Shown piece by piece: positions 39,383 through 48,942 of a DNA stretch of 64,000 bases. Source of the DNA: a bacterium. Its GTDB lineage: Bacteria; SAR324; XYD2-FULL-50-16; G965216635. The translations under genes were made by a program, and so were the position numbers. The notes beneath the pieces are model-generated. The model was not told the origin of the DNA and made no database searches. It saw only the letters and a list, made by a program, of their open reading frames with translations. Position 1 is the first letter of the stretch. Each line of letters opens with the position of its first letter. Where the stretch lies: NCBI GenBank assembly GCA_965216635.1, contig OZ244188.1:64001-128000 (forward strand), written 5' to 3'.

Positions 39383-39880
39383 ATGTCTTTGGTAGAAATG
39401 CAAAATTTAAATTCCTCTAGCCTGCTAGGTCTGAAAAGTAAATTTTTCGGTGAAATCCTATTTGATAATATACTCCATTTAGAAGGAGAGGTAACAGGAA
39501 AAATCATCGCTAAAGGTTCTGACTCCAGCGTTTTATTAATTGGTAAGCACGCAGTAGTCAAAGCGGATATAGTTGCTGACATTGTTATTGTTGCCGGAAA
39601 ATTTATGGGAAAAGCTTACGCTCCTATTAAATTAGAAATTAAAAAGAAAGGAAAATGCGCAGGTATGATTTTTACATCAGATTTAGTAGTACAAAAGAAG
39701 TCTGCTTTTCACGGACAGTGTTTTATGCTCAAACATTTGGACGATAAAGAAAAAAATAGTATCAAGTTAAAATTATCAGATAAAAATCATCTAACAATTA
39801 CCCCTCGTCTTTTAGAAGATTTTCGCTATCCAAGTTATAAATTAGATTCAAAAGATCCTAAAATAAATGAGAAACCTTAA
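39383..39880 (+). CDS. Bactofilin (polymer-forming cytoskeletal protein)
   Basis: LHLEGEVTGKI, LIGKHAVVKADIVADIVIVAG beta-helix pattern. Confidence 0.8.
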   Translation: MSLVEMQNLNSSSLLGLKSKFFGEILFDNILHLEGEVTGKIIAKGSDSSVLLIGKHAVVKADIVADIVIVAGKFMGKAYAPIKLEIKKKGKCAGMIFTSDLVVQKKSAFHGQCFMLKHLDDKEKNSIKLKLSDKNHLTITPRLLEDFRYPSYKLDSKDPKINEKP

Positions 39881-40847
39881 AGTCCTTTCTGGAAGATCTC
39901 ATAGAATTTTTGCAGAAAAAATTTGTAAAAAACTCAGCCTTAAACTTACAGAAATAGACTATATTCAGTTTGATAATGATAATTTTTTGACCCAGATTCA
40001 AGAAAATGTAAGAGAAAGTGATGCTTTTTTTATCCAAACAACCTGCCCTCCAGTTCAAGATGGTATTATAGAAACTTTGATGGTCATAAACACTCTGAAG
40101 CAGGCTTCTGCTGCTAGAATCACTGCGGTGTTGCCTTATTTTCCTTATTCGCGTTCTGATAAAAAAGACCAACCTCGCATTAGTATTACAGCTCGTCTTA
40201 TAGCAGACCTTTTAGAAACCGCAGGTGCTAATAGAGTATTGACTATGGATTTGCATTCTCCCCAAATACAAGGTTTTTTTTCTACTCCCTGCGATCAGCT
40301 CATTGCTACTTCGTTGATTTGTGAGCACTTGAAACAAACAAAAGATTTATCCAATTATGTATTGGTAGCTGCGGATGTAGGAAAATCTAAAACCCTTACA
40401 AACTATACTCATCAGTTAAATTTACCTTTAGCCATAGTAGACAAAAGAAGAATTGGCAATAGCGGAAAAATAGTGCCAACCCACTTAATAGGGAATGTAA
40501 AAGGAAAAAATGCTTTGATTGTAGACGACGAAGTATCTTCTGGAGGAACTTTATGCAAAGCAGCGCAATTTCTATCCGAGAAGGGTGCAAAAAAAATCAT
40601 TGCTGCTGTTGTCCACCCTGTTTTTAGCGGAGAAGTGATTTCTAACCTAAACAATAGCCCCATAGATGAACTCATCATCACAGACAGTATTCCTTTAACT
40701 GGCAAAGAAAAAGGCTGTAACAAAAAAATATCTTTACTCAGTGTAAGTGATTTATTTGCTCAGGCAATTCGTAGAATCCACAACGGAGATTCTGTAGGAG
40801 ATCTCTTTTGGAAATTTTCTAAAGGGGAACCTACCCCTTTTTTTTAA
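39867..40847 (+). CDS. prs: Ribose-phosphate pyrophosphokinase
   Basis: PYFPYSRSDKK, DLHSPQIQGFF, IVDDEVSSGGT. Confidence 0.95.
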   Translation: MRNLKVLSGRSHRIFAEKICKKLSLKLTEIDYIQFDNDNFLTQIQENVRESDAFFIQTTCPPVQDGIIETLMVINTLKQASAARITAVLPYFPYSRSDKKDQPRISITARLIADLLETAGANRVLTMDLHSPQIQGFFSTPCDQLIATSLICEHLKQTKDLSNYVLVAADVGKSKTLTNYTHQLNLPLAIVDKRRIGNSGKIVPTHLIGNVKGKNALIVDDEVSSGGTLCKAAQFLSEKGAKKIIAAVVHPVFSGEVISNLNNSPIDELIITDSIPLTGKEKGCNKKISLLSVSDLFAQAIRRIHNGDSVGDLFWKFSKGEPTPFF

Positions 40848-41288
40848 GTATGTATTTTTGGTGGTATTCTTCTGCTTTGTAATAATTAGGAAGAAGCTCT
40901 ATTTGAGTCGCAATGGATTTATTAAAAGTGGCTTTTTCTTCTAGCATCTTTTTATATTTTTCTGCTACTTCTAGTTGCTTTTTATCTGTTGCAAAAATCA
41001 CAGAGCGATATTGAGTGCCTATATCCCAACCTTGACGGTTGAGTTGGGTAGGATTGTGGATTTTAAAAAAAAAATCTAAAATTTTCTCGTAACTAATTAC
41101 AGTCTCATCAAAGATTACCTTGACTACCTCAGCGTGATTGGTTTTTTCCCACAGACCTCCTCGTAAGTAGGGTTTTGCGTTATACCTCCGGCATAACCCA
41201 CTTCTGTCTTTAAAACACCTTTTAAAGATTGAAATTTATCTTCTATTCCCCAAAAACAACCTCCTCCTAAAACCGATTCTTTTTTCAT
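40831..41288 (-). pseudogene. msrA: Peptide-methionine (S)-S-oxide reductase MsrA, 1-nt frameshift
   Basis: Manual translation [16 protein letters not shown]...GYAGG...PTYEEVC; frameshift in A6 run at 41142-41147; then NHAEVV...HNPTQLNRQGWDIGTQYRS...AEEYHQKY. Confidence 0.88.
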
Positions 41289-42037
41289 TTTTCTGGTTCC
41301 TGTATTTCTTCTACTGGTGGCTCTGGCTCTGGATCAGGAAAAGCCTCCATAAGTTTTTGCTTCAATAATTCGGTCAATTTTTTTTCAATATAATGTTCTA
41401 CATTTTGCTCTTCTGCCATTGCATCTTCTGCGAACTGACTCTCATCGTCTAGGTCTTTAATTCTTTCAATACAAATAAAAATAAAGGCTAAAGCAATCAA
41501 TCCCACACAGGAAATCGATTGTAAACGTTTGAAAATTTCATCTATTTTTTCATTAAAATCATTTAGTCTAATAATGGAGGATTCATCTGCTATATTTGGA
41601 ATGCTTCTAGATTTCCCCAAAACTAGAAAAGAAAGTAATTCTTTACAAATTATCCATAATCTTCTTTCTAAATCAGAAATATTTCTATTACTTCCGAAAT
41701 AAATCAACGCAACCTCTAAAAAATCTCGCACAGTATTTACATCAAAAAGAACAAATGGGTTTCTTTCTTTTTCTAATTTTATACGCTTTACTAAAGCATA
41801 GATCATTTTTTTAAATATAATATAAATATCTTCTCTAGAGTCGTACAAATTATCTATTTCAGAAAACCCAAACCCTCCAAGTGGGTTATCAATAAATGAA
41901 GCTCGTTTTAAAGTAACACTAGATGTTTTTCCTAACTCAAATAAGTAATTGGTTATACCTACTAACCTAGAAGGTAAGTTTTTGTCCCTACCTTTATCAA
42001 ATTCATCAAAAAATTCTTGTAAAGTAGATTTAGTCAT
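41285..42037 (-). CDS. Hypothetical protein
   Basis: 250-aa ORF, ATGA overlap with msrA start, acidic/Pro-rich tail; no motif recognised. Confidence 0.6.
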   Translation of the reverse strand: MTKSTLQEFFDEFDKGRDKNLPSRLVGITNYLFELGKTSSVTLKRASFIDNPLGGFGFSEIDNLYDSREDIYIIFKKMIYALVKRIKLEKERNPFVLFDVNTVRDFLEVALIYFGSNRNISDLERRLWIICKELLSFLVLGKSRSIPNIADESSIIRLNDFNEKIDEIFKRLQSISCVGLIALAFIFICIERIKDLDDESQFAEDAMAEEQNVEHYIEKKLTELLKQKLMEAFPDPEPEPPVEEIQEPEK

Positions 42038-42354
42038 TGTAATTAAAGTTAAGTGTTAAAATTTTGGATCACACAGATCATAGTTAGTTCACTTGTTTCT
42101 AGCATAAAAGAAAATAAAAACATTTATTAATAATTAATAATCCAATTTATAAATATTTTCAATCAAATTTAATACTAGAACAATTTTTTTTTTATCGTTC
42201 TTATCCAAAAATTGAACTATATTCATTTTGTAGCACTTATTTCTTAATTTTGCAACAGTTTGAAGGGTTTTCTGAAAATTTTAATATTTTTGATTAGGCA
42301 TTTATAGAAAAGATAGACGAGTGGTGGTAAGTTTTTCACTATAAAAGCAATTAT

Positions 42355-42447
42355 TTCTACGAGCAAATTTTTTTTCGCACCTGTTTATAACCATTTGGCT
42401 AGCCATCACAGCATGTTTTATTTTATTTGGCAAATTCAAAGGATTTA
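42355..42447. mobile_element. Palindromic MITE-like repeat, degenerate right half
   Basis: TTTTCGCACCTG...AACCATTTGGCTAGCC...GGCAAATTCAAAGG. Confidence 0.6.
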
Positions 42448-42454
42448 ACTCAAT

Positions 42455-43990
42455 CTAAGCCAGCGAGGATAAATTCCCTATTAATTTATGGGAATTCGTC
42501 ATCATTAATCCGATTTTTTGAGAAGTTGCGTCTCTTTTAGAAAGCTCCCCTACGATTTCACCGTGAAACATAACCATAATTCTATCACTTAAGGTTAAAA
42601 TTTCGTCTAATTCTGCAGAAACTAATAAAATAGCTTTGCCTTGATTTCTTTGTTCTAATAATTTCTGATGAATGGATTCAATAGCCCCCACATCTACTCC
42701 TCTCGTAGGCTGTCCTATCAAAAGCACTTTAGTATCTTTATTAATTTCGCGGGCTAAAAGTAGTTTTTGTTGATTGCCTCCAGAAAAATTGCTTATTTTT
42801 GCTTCTGGTAAAAGAGGTCTAACATCAAAATTTTTCATATTTTGGATACAGTCCTGCTGGATATTATATTCTCTAAGAAAAAATTTAAGCAAAAATTTTT
42901 TAAACTTATGGTAGCCTAAAAAATTATTTTCTTCAGCACTAAAATCTTTTATTATACCTGTATTTATTCTATCTTCTGGAATATGCACCACTCCTATTTT
43001 TCTAGCTATGCTGGGGTTGTATTTTGAGTTTTGAGTATAGATTTTTCCGTTTATTTTTATTTCCCCCGTTTGAATAGCTGTCATTCCAGACAAAATTTCC
43101 AAAAGTTCACTCTGTCCGTTCCCCGAAACACCTGCGATTCCTAAAATCTCTCCCGCATTCAATCGTAATTCAATATTTTTAAGTCTAGGAATTTGGAAAG
43201 AATCTTCGTAGTTTAAGCCTTTTACATCTAAAAGACACTGAGAGGAAATTTTACTCATTTTGATTTTTGGAGGCTTGATTCCTCTTCCTACCATAAGTTC
43301 TGCCAATTTTTTTGGAGTAGTTTTAGCTGTCTTGAAGGATTGGATAGTGCTACCTTTTCTCATTACGGTCACATTATCGGTAATCCGCATAATTTCTTTT
43401 AATTTGTGAGTAATCAATAAAATAGTGGTTTTTTCTTTTTTTAAAGAAGCTAGGATTTCAAATAGATTATCGGCTTCTTGTGGTGTGAGAACTCCTGTAG
43501 GCTCGTCCAAAATTAAGATATTAGCATTCCGATAAAGAGCTTTAAAAATTTCTATCCTTTGTCTTTCTCCGACAGGTAGCTCTCCTACAGCATCTTTATA
43601 ATTGATAGGAAGTTTATAATTTTTTTCTAGGGTTTTTAATTTTTTGGTGGCTGCTGTGTGATTTTCCTTGAGTAAAAAGCTTTTTTCAGTACCTAAAATA
43701 ACATTTTCTACCGTATTAAAAGTATCTACAAGCTCAAAATGCTGATGCACCATACCGATTCCTAACTCAATAGCATTTTTAGAAGAAGTGATATTAACAG
43801 GTTTATTTTCAATAAAAATCTCGCCACTGTCCGCAGGGTGAAGTCCATAAAGAATATTCATCAAGGTAGATTTACCAGCACCGTTTTCACCTACAATACC
43901 GTGGATAGTTCCTTTTTCTACTTTTAGACAAACATCTTTATTTGCTTGAACTAATCCAAAGGATTTGTTTATATTTTTTAATTCAAGCAT
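42455..43990 (-). CDS. Nucleoside/simple-sugar ABC transporter ATP-binding protein
   Basis: GENGAGKSTLM, GMVHQHF, LDEPTGVLTPQE, SGGNQQK, QPTRGVDVGA. Confidence 0.92.
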   Translation of the reverse strand: MLELKNINKSFGLVQANKDVCLKVEKGTIHGIVGENGAGKSTLMNILYGLHPADSGEIFIENKPVNITSSKNAIELGIGMVHQHFELVDTFNTVENVILGTEKSFLLKENHTAATKKLKTLEKNYKLPINYKDAVGELPVGERQRIEIFKALYRNANILILDEPTGVLTPQEADNLFEILASLKKEKTTILLITHKLKEIMRITDNVTVMRKGSTIQSFKTAKTTPKKLAELMVGRGIKPPKIKMSKISSQCLLDVKGLNYEDSFQIPRLKNIELRLNAGEILGIAGVSGNGQSELLEILSGMTAIQTGEIKINGKIYTQNSKYNPSIARKIGVVHIPEDRINTGIIKDFSAEENNFLGYHKFKKFLLKFFLREYNIQQDCIQNMKNFDVRPLLPEAKISNFSGGNQQKLLLAREINKDTKVLLIGQPTRGVDVGAIESIHQKLLEQRNQGKAILLVSAELDEILTLSDRIMVMFHGEIVGELSKRDATSQKIGLMMTNSHKLIGNLSSLA

Positions 43991-44112
43991 TTTTTAAAGG
44001 AGGTCAGATTGTTATAAAAAAACCCTTCTTTTCTTTTCTTTTAAAGAAGCAAAAAGAAGGGCTAAGTTTTAGAGACACCTAAGCAAGGGCATAAAAGCTT
44101 CCCTGAAACTTT

Positions 44113-45138
44113 TTAGTAGTCGCAAGAATTATTTGTCCTATAATCTACAACTTGGATATCTCCGTCAATAATAGCTTGCTTTGCTTTTTCTACAGTTTCC
44201 CTCATTTCAGAGGTAACCAGATCTAGATTATGCTCGTCTAAAGCCCAATCTACTCCGCCTTCTGCTAATCCTAAAACAAGAACTCCTGATTGCCAAGTGC
44301 CTTCTTTAGCAGATTTCATCGCGTTATAAACAGCTACATCTACTCTTTTAACCATAGAAGTAAGCATAGTGCCGGGATGTAGGTAGTTTTGATTAGAATC
44401 TACCCCAATCGCCAATTTGCTATTATCTTTAGCTGCTTGATAAACACCTACACCAGTTCCACCAGCGGCGGCGTAGACAATATCCGAACCTTTTTCAAAT
44501 TGAGACTTCGCCAATTCGCTACCTCTACTTGGGTTATTCCAAGCAGCCGGTGTATTGCCTGTCATATTAGACACAACTTTGATATTAGGATTGATATATT
44601 TCGCTCCTTGAAAATAACCACAAGCAAAAGCTCTAATCAAAGGAACATCCATACCTCCAACAAAACTAATAATTCCAGTCTTGCTGGATAAAGCAGCTAG
44701 CACTCCCACCAAAAACGAGCCTTCTTCTTCTTTGAAAACAATGGACTGAACATTGGGCTGATCAACCACAGAATCTACAATTGCAAAATAAAGTTCTGGA
44801 TATTTTGCTGCTACTTTATTAATGGCATCAGCTTGAGAAAAACCAATACCCACAATCACATTGCTTTTTCTTTCTGCCATCTTGGCGATGCCTTGCTCTC
44901 TTTGTGCAGGATTGGTTACTTCAAATTCTCTATACTGAATTCCAGTCTCTTCTTTAAATCTTTCCGCTCCATCATAAGCAGACTGATTAAAAGATTTATC
45001 AAACTTACCTCCCAGATCAAAAATAATCGCTGGGACAAAATCATTTTTAGCAGTTTTATTTGAAGTGCTTTTGAATATCAAAACAGCAGACACAACGACA
45101 ACAGCCACTACTACTAAAATTATAATCGGTTTTTTCAT
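44113..45138 (-). CDS. BMP family ABC transporter substrate-binding protein
   Basis: GGKFDKSFNQ, FKEEEGSFLVG, AIGVDSNQ, LTSMVKRVD. Confidence 0.92.
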   Translation of the reverse strand: MKKPIIILVVVAVVVVSAVLIFKSTSNKTAKNDFVPAIIFDLGGKFDKSFNQSAYDGAERFKEETGIQYREFEVTNPAQREQGIAKMAERKSNVIVGIGFSQADAINKVAAKYPELYFAIVDSVVDQPNVQSIVFKEEEGSFLVGVLAALSSKTGIISFVGGMDVPLIRAFACGYFQGAKYINPNIKVVSNMTGNTPAAWNNPSRGSELAKSQFEKGSDIVYAAAGGTGVGVYQAAKDNSKLAIGVDSNQNYLHPGTMLTSMVKRVDVAVYNAMKSAKEGTWQSGVLVLGLAEGGVDWALDEHNLDLVTSEMRETVEKAKQAIIDGDIQVVDYRTNNSCDY

Positions 45139-45144
45139 AATATT

Positions 45145-45487
45145 TAGACACCTTTGAATTAGGCATTCTAGTTCGGCAAAACAGGTTTATTGCTTACGGG
45201 ATAGTAAAAGAGCAGTGGCTCTTCTACATTATGAGACCTTTGAATTAGGCAATCTAGTTCGGCTATACTGCGTTGCTCAAGTTTTTTATTTCTCAAAATA
45301 CTCCAGTATTCCTCGTAATAAAAAACTTTCGCTCCTTGTCTAGCTTTCCTATAATGCCTAATTCAAAGATCTCAGTCTTTCTTTGCTAAGTATTAGCTTT
45401 CGTAGTTTTTTTCACTACACCATTTTAAAAAATCCTCGTTATAAAAACCTTGAGCACCGTGTCTAGCTACCTAATTTAAAGGTCTCA
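45145..45487. mobile_element. Nested palindromic elements (GACCTTTGAATTAGGC subfamily)
   Basis: Outer TIRs at 45145 and 45487; inner complete copy 45232-45374 (TGAGACCTTTGAATTAGGC...GCCTAATTCAAAGATCTCA). Confidence 0.8.
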
Positions 45488-45738
45488 TTATATACTGTAG
45501 TTTAATATTCTCAATTTTCAAGAATATTTTATTTCAATATAATGGAATTTTTTTATCAAAAAATCAAGTTTTAAAATTATTATTTTTTAAAAAAAGGTTT
45601 TTTTTAAAAAATAAAGGTTGTTTCTTAACTAAAAATAGTTCAAACTTTGCCTATATTTAAGTTTGTTCGGGGATTTTATAGCATTTTAGAAAAAATTCCC
45701 TCCAAAAACAACCAAAAACAAGCAAACTAAAAAAAAAA

Positions 45739-45767
45739 TTGATTGTTTTTATTTTTTTAGTTATTCT
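45739..45767 (+). promoter_or_regulatory. Putative sigma70 promoter of OMP A2
   Basis: TTGATT-N17-TATTCT preceded by A10. Confidence 0.5.
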
Positions 45768-45803
45768 TTATAGAAATCAAACAAATTAAACCAAAAAAAG
45801 ACT

Positions 45804-47063
45804 ATGGAATTTCAAAAAATTATGCAAACAAAAGAAATTGTGAAATCAAGCAAAATAACGCTGGCAATTTTAGCTTCGCTTTCGTGCTTGGTTTTACTTT
45901 TTGCGGGAGTAAATAATCTGCAAGCCCAAGAAGCAAGACAGCAAGGTTGGTCTATCGGGGTTAGTCCCTTTTATCTAGGTGCTAAAATAAAAACCACTAC
46001 AGAAAACACCACTCTTACAGAAGAAGTAACAACACGCACCAGAACATTCGTTACCGCAGACATAGAATTCACTGCGAGCACCACCAGTACATTCACTTCA
46101 ATGGACGCAACAACAGGTGCAGAGGTTGTATTATCTGATCTTAGTATAGGAAGTTACAGTTCCAATCACGACGCAACAGCAATAAAAGCTGTATTGGATA
46201 TTTGTGACGATGGTAGCTATAATGATACTGATAAGGTGGGAAGATATCGTGCTTATCACTTTGACGCAAATGATAATGCTATTCCACTCGCTACAGACAA
46301 CACAGATGACGCTGCCTGTTTCAAGCACTTCCAAGGGCTTGCATCCTCTTTTAGTGATTTAACAGGAACATCTGTAGAGTTTGATCTATCGCGTTCCGTT
46401 AGCAGCGAAAATACCAGTTTAGCAGGTAACGGATTGCAACTAGGCTACGACTTTGAAAAGTTTCGTGTTTCTTTGAGCCTACACCAATGGAGTGCGGGAG
46501 ATAACAAGCTGGATAGTCAAATTGTACTAGTGGATTGGCACCTGCCCTACGGGCTTTATGCAGGAGCTGGTTTAGCCCAAGCCAAGCTAGAGACTGTGCT
46601 AGGCTCGGCTTCAAAAATAGCCCCCGCCGTTCATTTTGGCTATAAGCGAAATTTTAGCAAAAACTTTTCCATAGAAGCGGGACTGCTGTGGGTGGGGGCA
46701 AAGCTCTCTGTAAAACAGACCAATGCAGCACCATTACCAACAACAAGATTAGTAGCAGAGCCGCTACCGCCTCCTATTACCGACTCTGTATTGGTAGGAA
46801 GTGCATTATCATTACCAGCTCCCAATATTTCCGCACTTGTTTTTGTGGATAATAGACACAATTCTCATGGAGGTGTAGCAGTTGGAGTCTCTACGGTAAA
46901 AGATAGAAGAATACTAGTAGAAGGAACAGTAACTCCAACTTATGCCACAGAAGTGCAAATAGAAACAGAAACTTACAACAGACCACCTGTGCCTACAAAA
47001 ACAACGATAGAAGTAGAAGCACCAGCCTCCCTTTTTATTCGCTTCGTCTATCTCTTCAAGTAG
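45804..47063 (+). CDS. Putative outer-membrane beta-barrel protein with variable loop inserts (subfamily A2)
   Basis: Paralog of 5330-6559 with conserved-variable-conserved-variable-conserved layout. Confidence 0.72.
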   Translation: MEFQKIMQTKEIVKSSKITLAILASLSCLVLLFAGVNNLQAQEARQQGWSIGVSPFYLGAKIKTTTENTTLTEEVTTRTRTFVTADIEFTASTTSTFTSMDATTGAEVVLSDLSIGSYSSNHDATAIKAVLDICDDGSYNDTDKVGRYRAYHFDANDNAIPLATDNTDDAACFKHFQGLASSFSDLTGTSVEFDLSRSVSSENTSLAGNGLQLGYDFEKFRVSLSLHQWSAGDNKLDSQIVLVDWHLPYGLYAGAGLAQAKLETVLGSASKIAPAVHFGYKRNFSKNFSIEAGLLWVGAKLSVKQTNAAPLPTTRLVAEPLPPPITDSVLVGSALSLPAPNISALVFVDNRHNSHGGVAVGVSTVKDRRILVEGTVTPTYATEVQIETETYNRPPVPTKTTIEVEAPASLFIRFVYLFK

Positions 47064-47069
47064 AGATAA

Positions 47070-47100
47070 AAACTCCCGCAAATCAAAGTCGGGAGTTTCT
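47070..47100. terminator. Putative terminator hairpin between convergent genes
   Basis: AAACTCCCG-loop-CGGGAGTTT just after the OMP stop. Confidence 0.5.
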
Positions 47101-47223
47101 CTAGTCTGTTCTTGGACTAAAACCGAGCCTCTTTTGTAGACCCAAAGCAGTAACCGAAAATTTTCCCCCACTATTGGGGCTAGTTTCAACGTTGCATTCA
47201 AAAGTCTATGTTATTCAAAGATC

Positions 47224-48942
47224 TCATTGTTTTTTATAGATAATAATTTTCTGAGAGGAGTTTTTAAGAAGTTGTGGGAATTTCATTGTCAAAAAACTAT
47301 CTACTTGGATAGTGGCTTCTTTTTGCAACTTTATTTGAAATGTTTCTTCTAATTTTCGCACTCTGCTAGTAAGCCTTTCGTCACTTAGCAAAATAAAATA
47401 ATTCGGAGCAGGTTTTTTTATTAGAGTTCTCTGTTTTTTAGGAGTGATTTTTATTTCTTGCTGCAGAAAAAATATAGCGTTAAAAGTTTTTTTGATTCTT
47501 TGCATTTGCTCCGCTAATTTTTGCCCATCGACTGTACTAGAACTATAAAGGATAGAATCGGGTGAGCCAGAATAGGGAGAACCAGAATCTAGAGAGCCAG
47601 AATAGGGAGAACCAGAATCTAGAGAGCCAGAATAAGGAGAGGTTTCTGGCGATTCTAATCTATAAACTGGTTTGTTTTGGTATAGATAATAAAGAGGTAA
47701 ATGAGGGATTTCTGCTTTGTTGTTTTCTATAGCTATAGCGTTTATATCCTTTTTGGAGTTTAAGTAATAAAATGTTTCTACGAGGGGCTCTTTGCTATAA
47801 TAAAAAAGACTGATAGTAAGCAGAAAACTATTGATGAGCCAAAACCAAATCCAAGCGATTTTGAAAAGAATATTCTTAAATTTTTTGTAGTCTAATTTTT
47901 TAGGGGCAAATTTCTCCTCGCCAGCCGCTCTTTTCCATTCTTGCCACCCCATAACTCCAAAAATAATTAAGAAAGGCACTACGGGTAAAATGAATCTTTC
48001 TTGTTTGTTAGCAAAAATGGAATGAAGCAAGATAAAAAGTAATAAACTCAATATAGAAAGTGAGTATTTTTTTGCTATTTTCATTATGCCTCCTGCGAAA
48101 ATCAAACTTGTGGGGAAAATAAAAGCAACTAGTAGCAAAGCAAGGTAGCTATACCAAGGAGCTACAATATATTCAAAACGATTGGCTATATTAAAAAGGC
48201 TGTACTGGATAATAGAAGCAAAGGGAAACCCGTAGACTATCCAATCTAAAATTCCCATGGTTATAAATAAAGAAATGCATGTATAGCCTAGTAAGGTGAA
48301 AGCTTTTTTAAATTGTTTTTGGTAAAGCAAAACAAATCCTACTCCTATCCCAAAAATAAAAGTTTGAAAACGAAGGGTGAAAGCTAAGGCAAAGAAAAAG
48401 CTAGCTAATAAAAGATAACGTTGATTGTAAGCTTCAGATTCTATCTTGTGGCTGTAATACATAGCGATCAACAGGGGAGGAATACAGGCAGTTTCTACAA
48501 AGGAGTGTACCGAAAATACAGGTAGCACCCAAAAGAAAGAAAGCAAAATAGCTACAAGAAGAGCGTCTTTTTGTTTGTGAGTAAGGTAATAAGTGATTTT
48601 ATAGGAAAAAACTATCGCAAGCATAGAATAAAGAGCGTGTAGAAAACGCACAATAAACATTTGCTGCTGTGGGTCTTTTAAAGATAGTGCGTCTAAAAAA
48701 GCTAAAATACTGTAGTGCAAAATTGTATAGAGTTGATTTCTCCAAGCACCAGATTTATCAGCAAAAAATTCGGTTTGTCCCGAAAGCCATTGATATGCTG
48801 TTTCTATGGGAATGAAATGATCGTCGTGGGTGAGGTAGCCTTTGGAAAAAATAGCAGCTATAAATCTTACAAAAAAAGCAGCTAGCAGAACCCACACAAG
48901 AGGAGAAATGGATTGCTGAGTAGTATTTTTAGGGGGTATCAA
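47224..48942 (-). CDS. GT-C fold membrane glycosyltransferase (Alg9/PIG-B-like mannosyltransferase)
   Basis: Many TMs, HDDHF near N-terminus, LRFQ, NKQERFILP motifs; 30-bp repeat insert at 47561-47640. Confidence 0.75.
   Translation of the reverse strand: MIPPKNTTQQSISPLVWVLLAAFFVRFIAAIFSKGYLTHDDHFIPIETAYQWLSGQTEFFADKSGAWRNQLYTILHYSILAFLDALSLKDPQQQMFIVRFLHALYSMLAIVFSYKITYYLTHKQKDALLVAILLSFFWVLPVFSVHSFVETACIPPLLIAMYYSHKIESEAYNQRYLLLASFFFALAFTLRFQTFIFGIGVGFVLLYQKQFKKAFTLLGYTCISLFITMGILDWIVYGFPFASIIQYSLFNIANRFEYIVAPWYSYLALLLVAFIFPTSLIFAGGIMKIAKKYSLSILSLLLFILLHSIFANKQERFILPVVPFLIIFGVMGWQEWKRAAGEEKFAPKKLDYKKFKNILFKIAWIWFWLINSFLLTISLFYYSKEPLVETFYYLNSKKDINAIAIENNKAEIPHLPLYYLYQNKPVYRLESPETSPYSGSLDSGSPYSGSLDSGSPYSGSPDSILYSSSTVDGQKLAEQMQRIKKTFNAIFFLQQEIKITPKKQRTLIKKPAPNYFILLSDERLTSRVRKLEETFQIKLQKEATIQVDSFLTMKFPQLLKNSSQKIIIYKKQ

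Noticed and set aside
41250..41265. Selenocysteine MsrA as the reason the ORF was missed
   Set aside because: The catalytic codon is TGT (Cys); the break is a frameshift downstream
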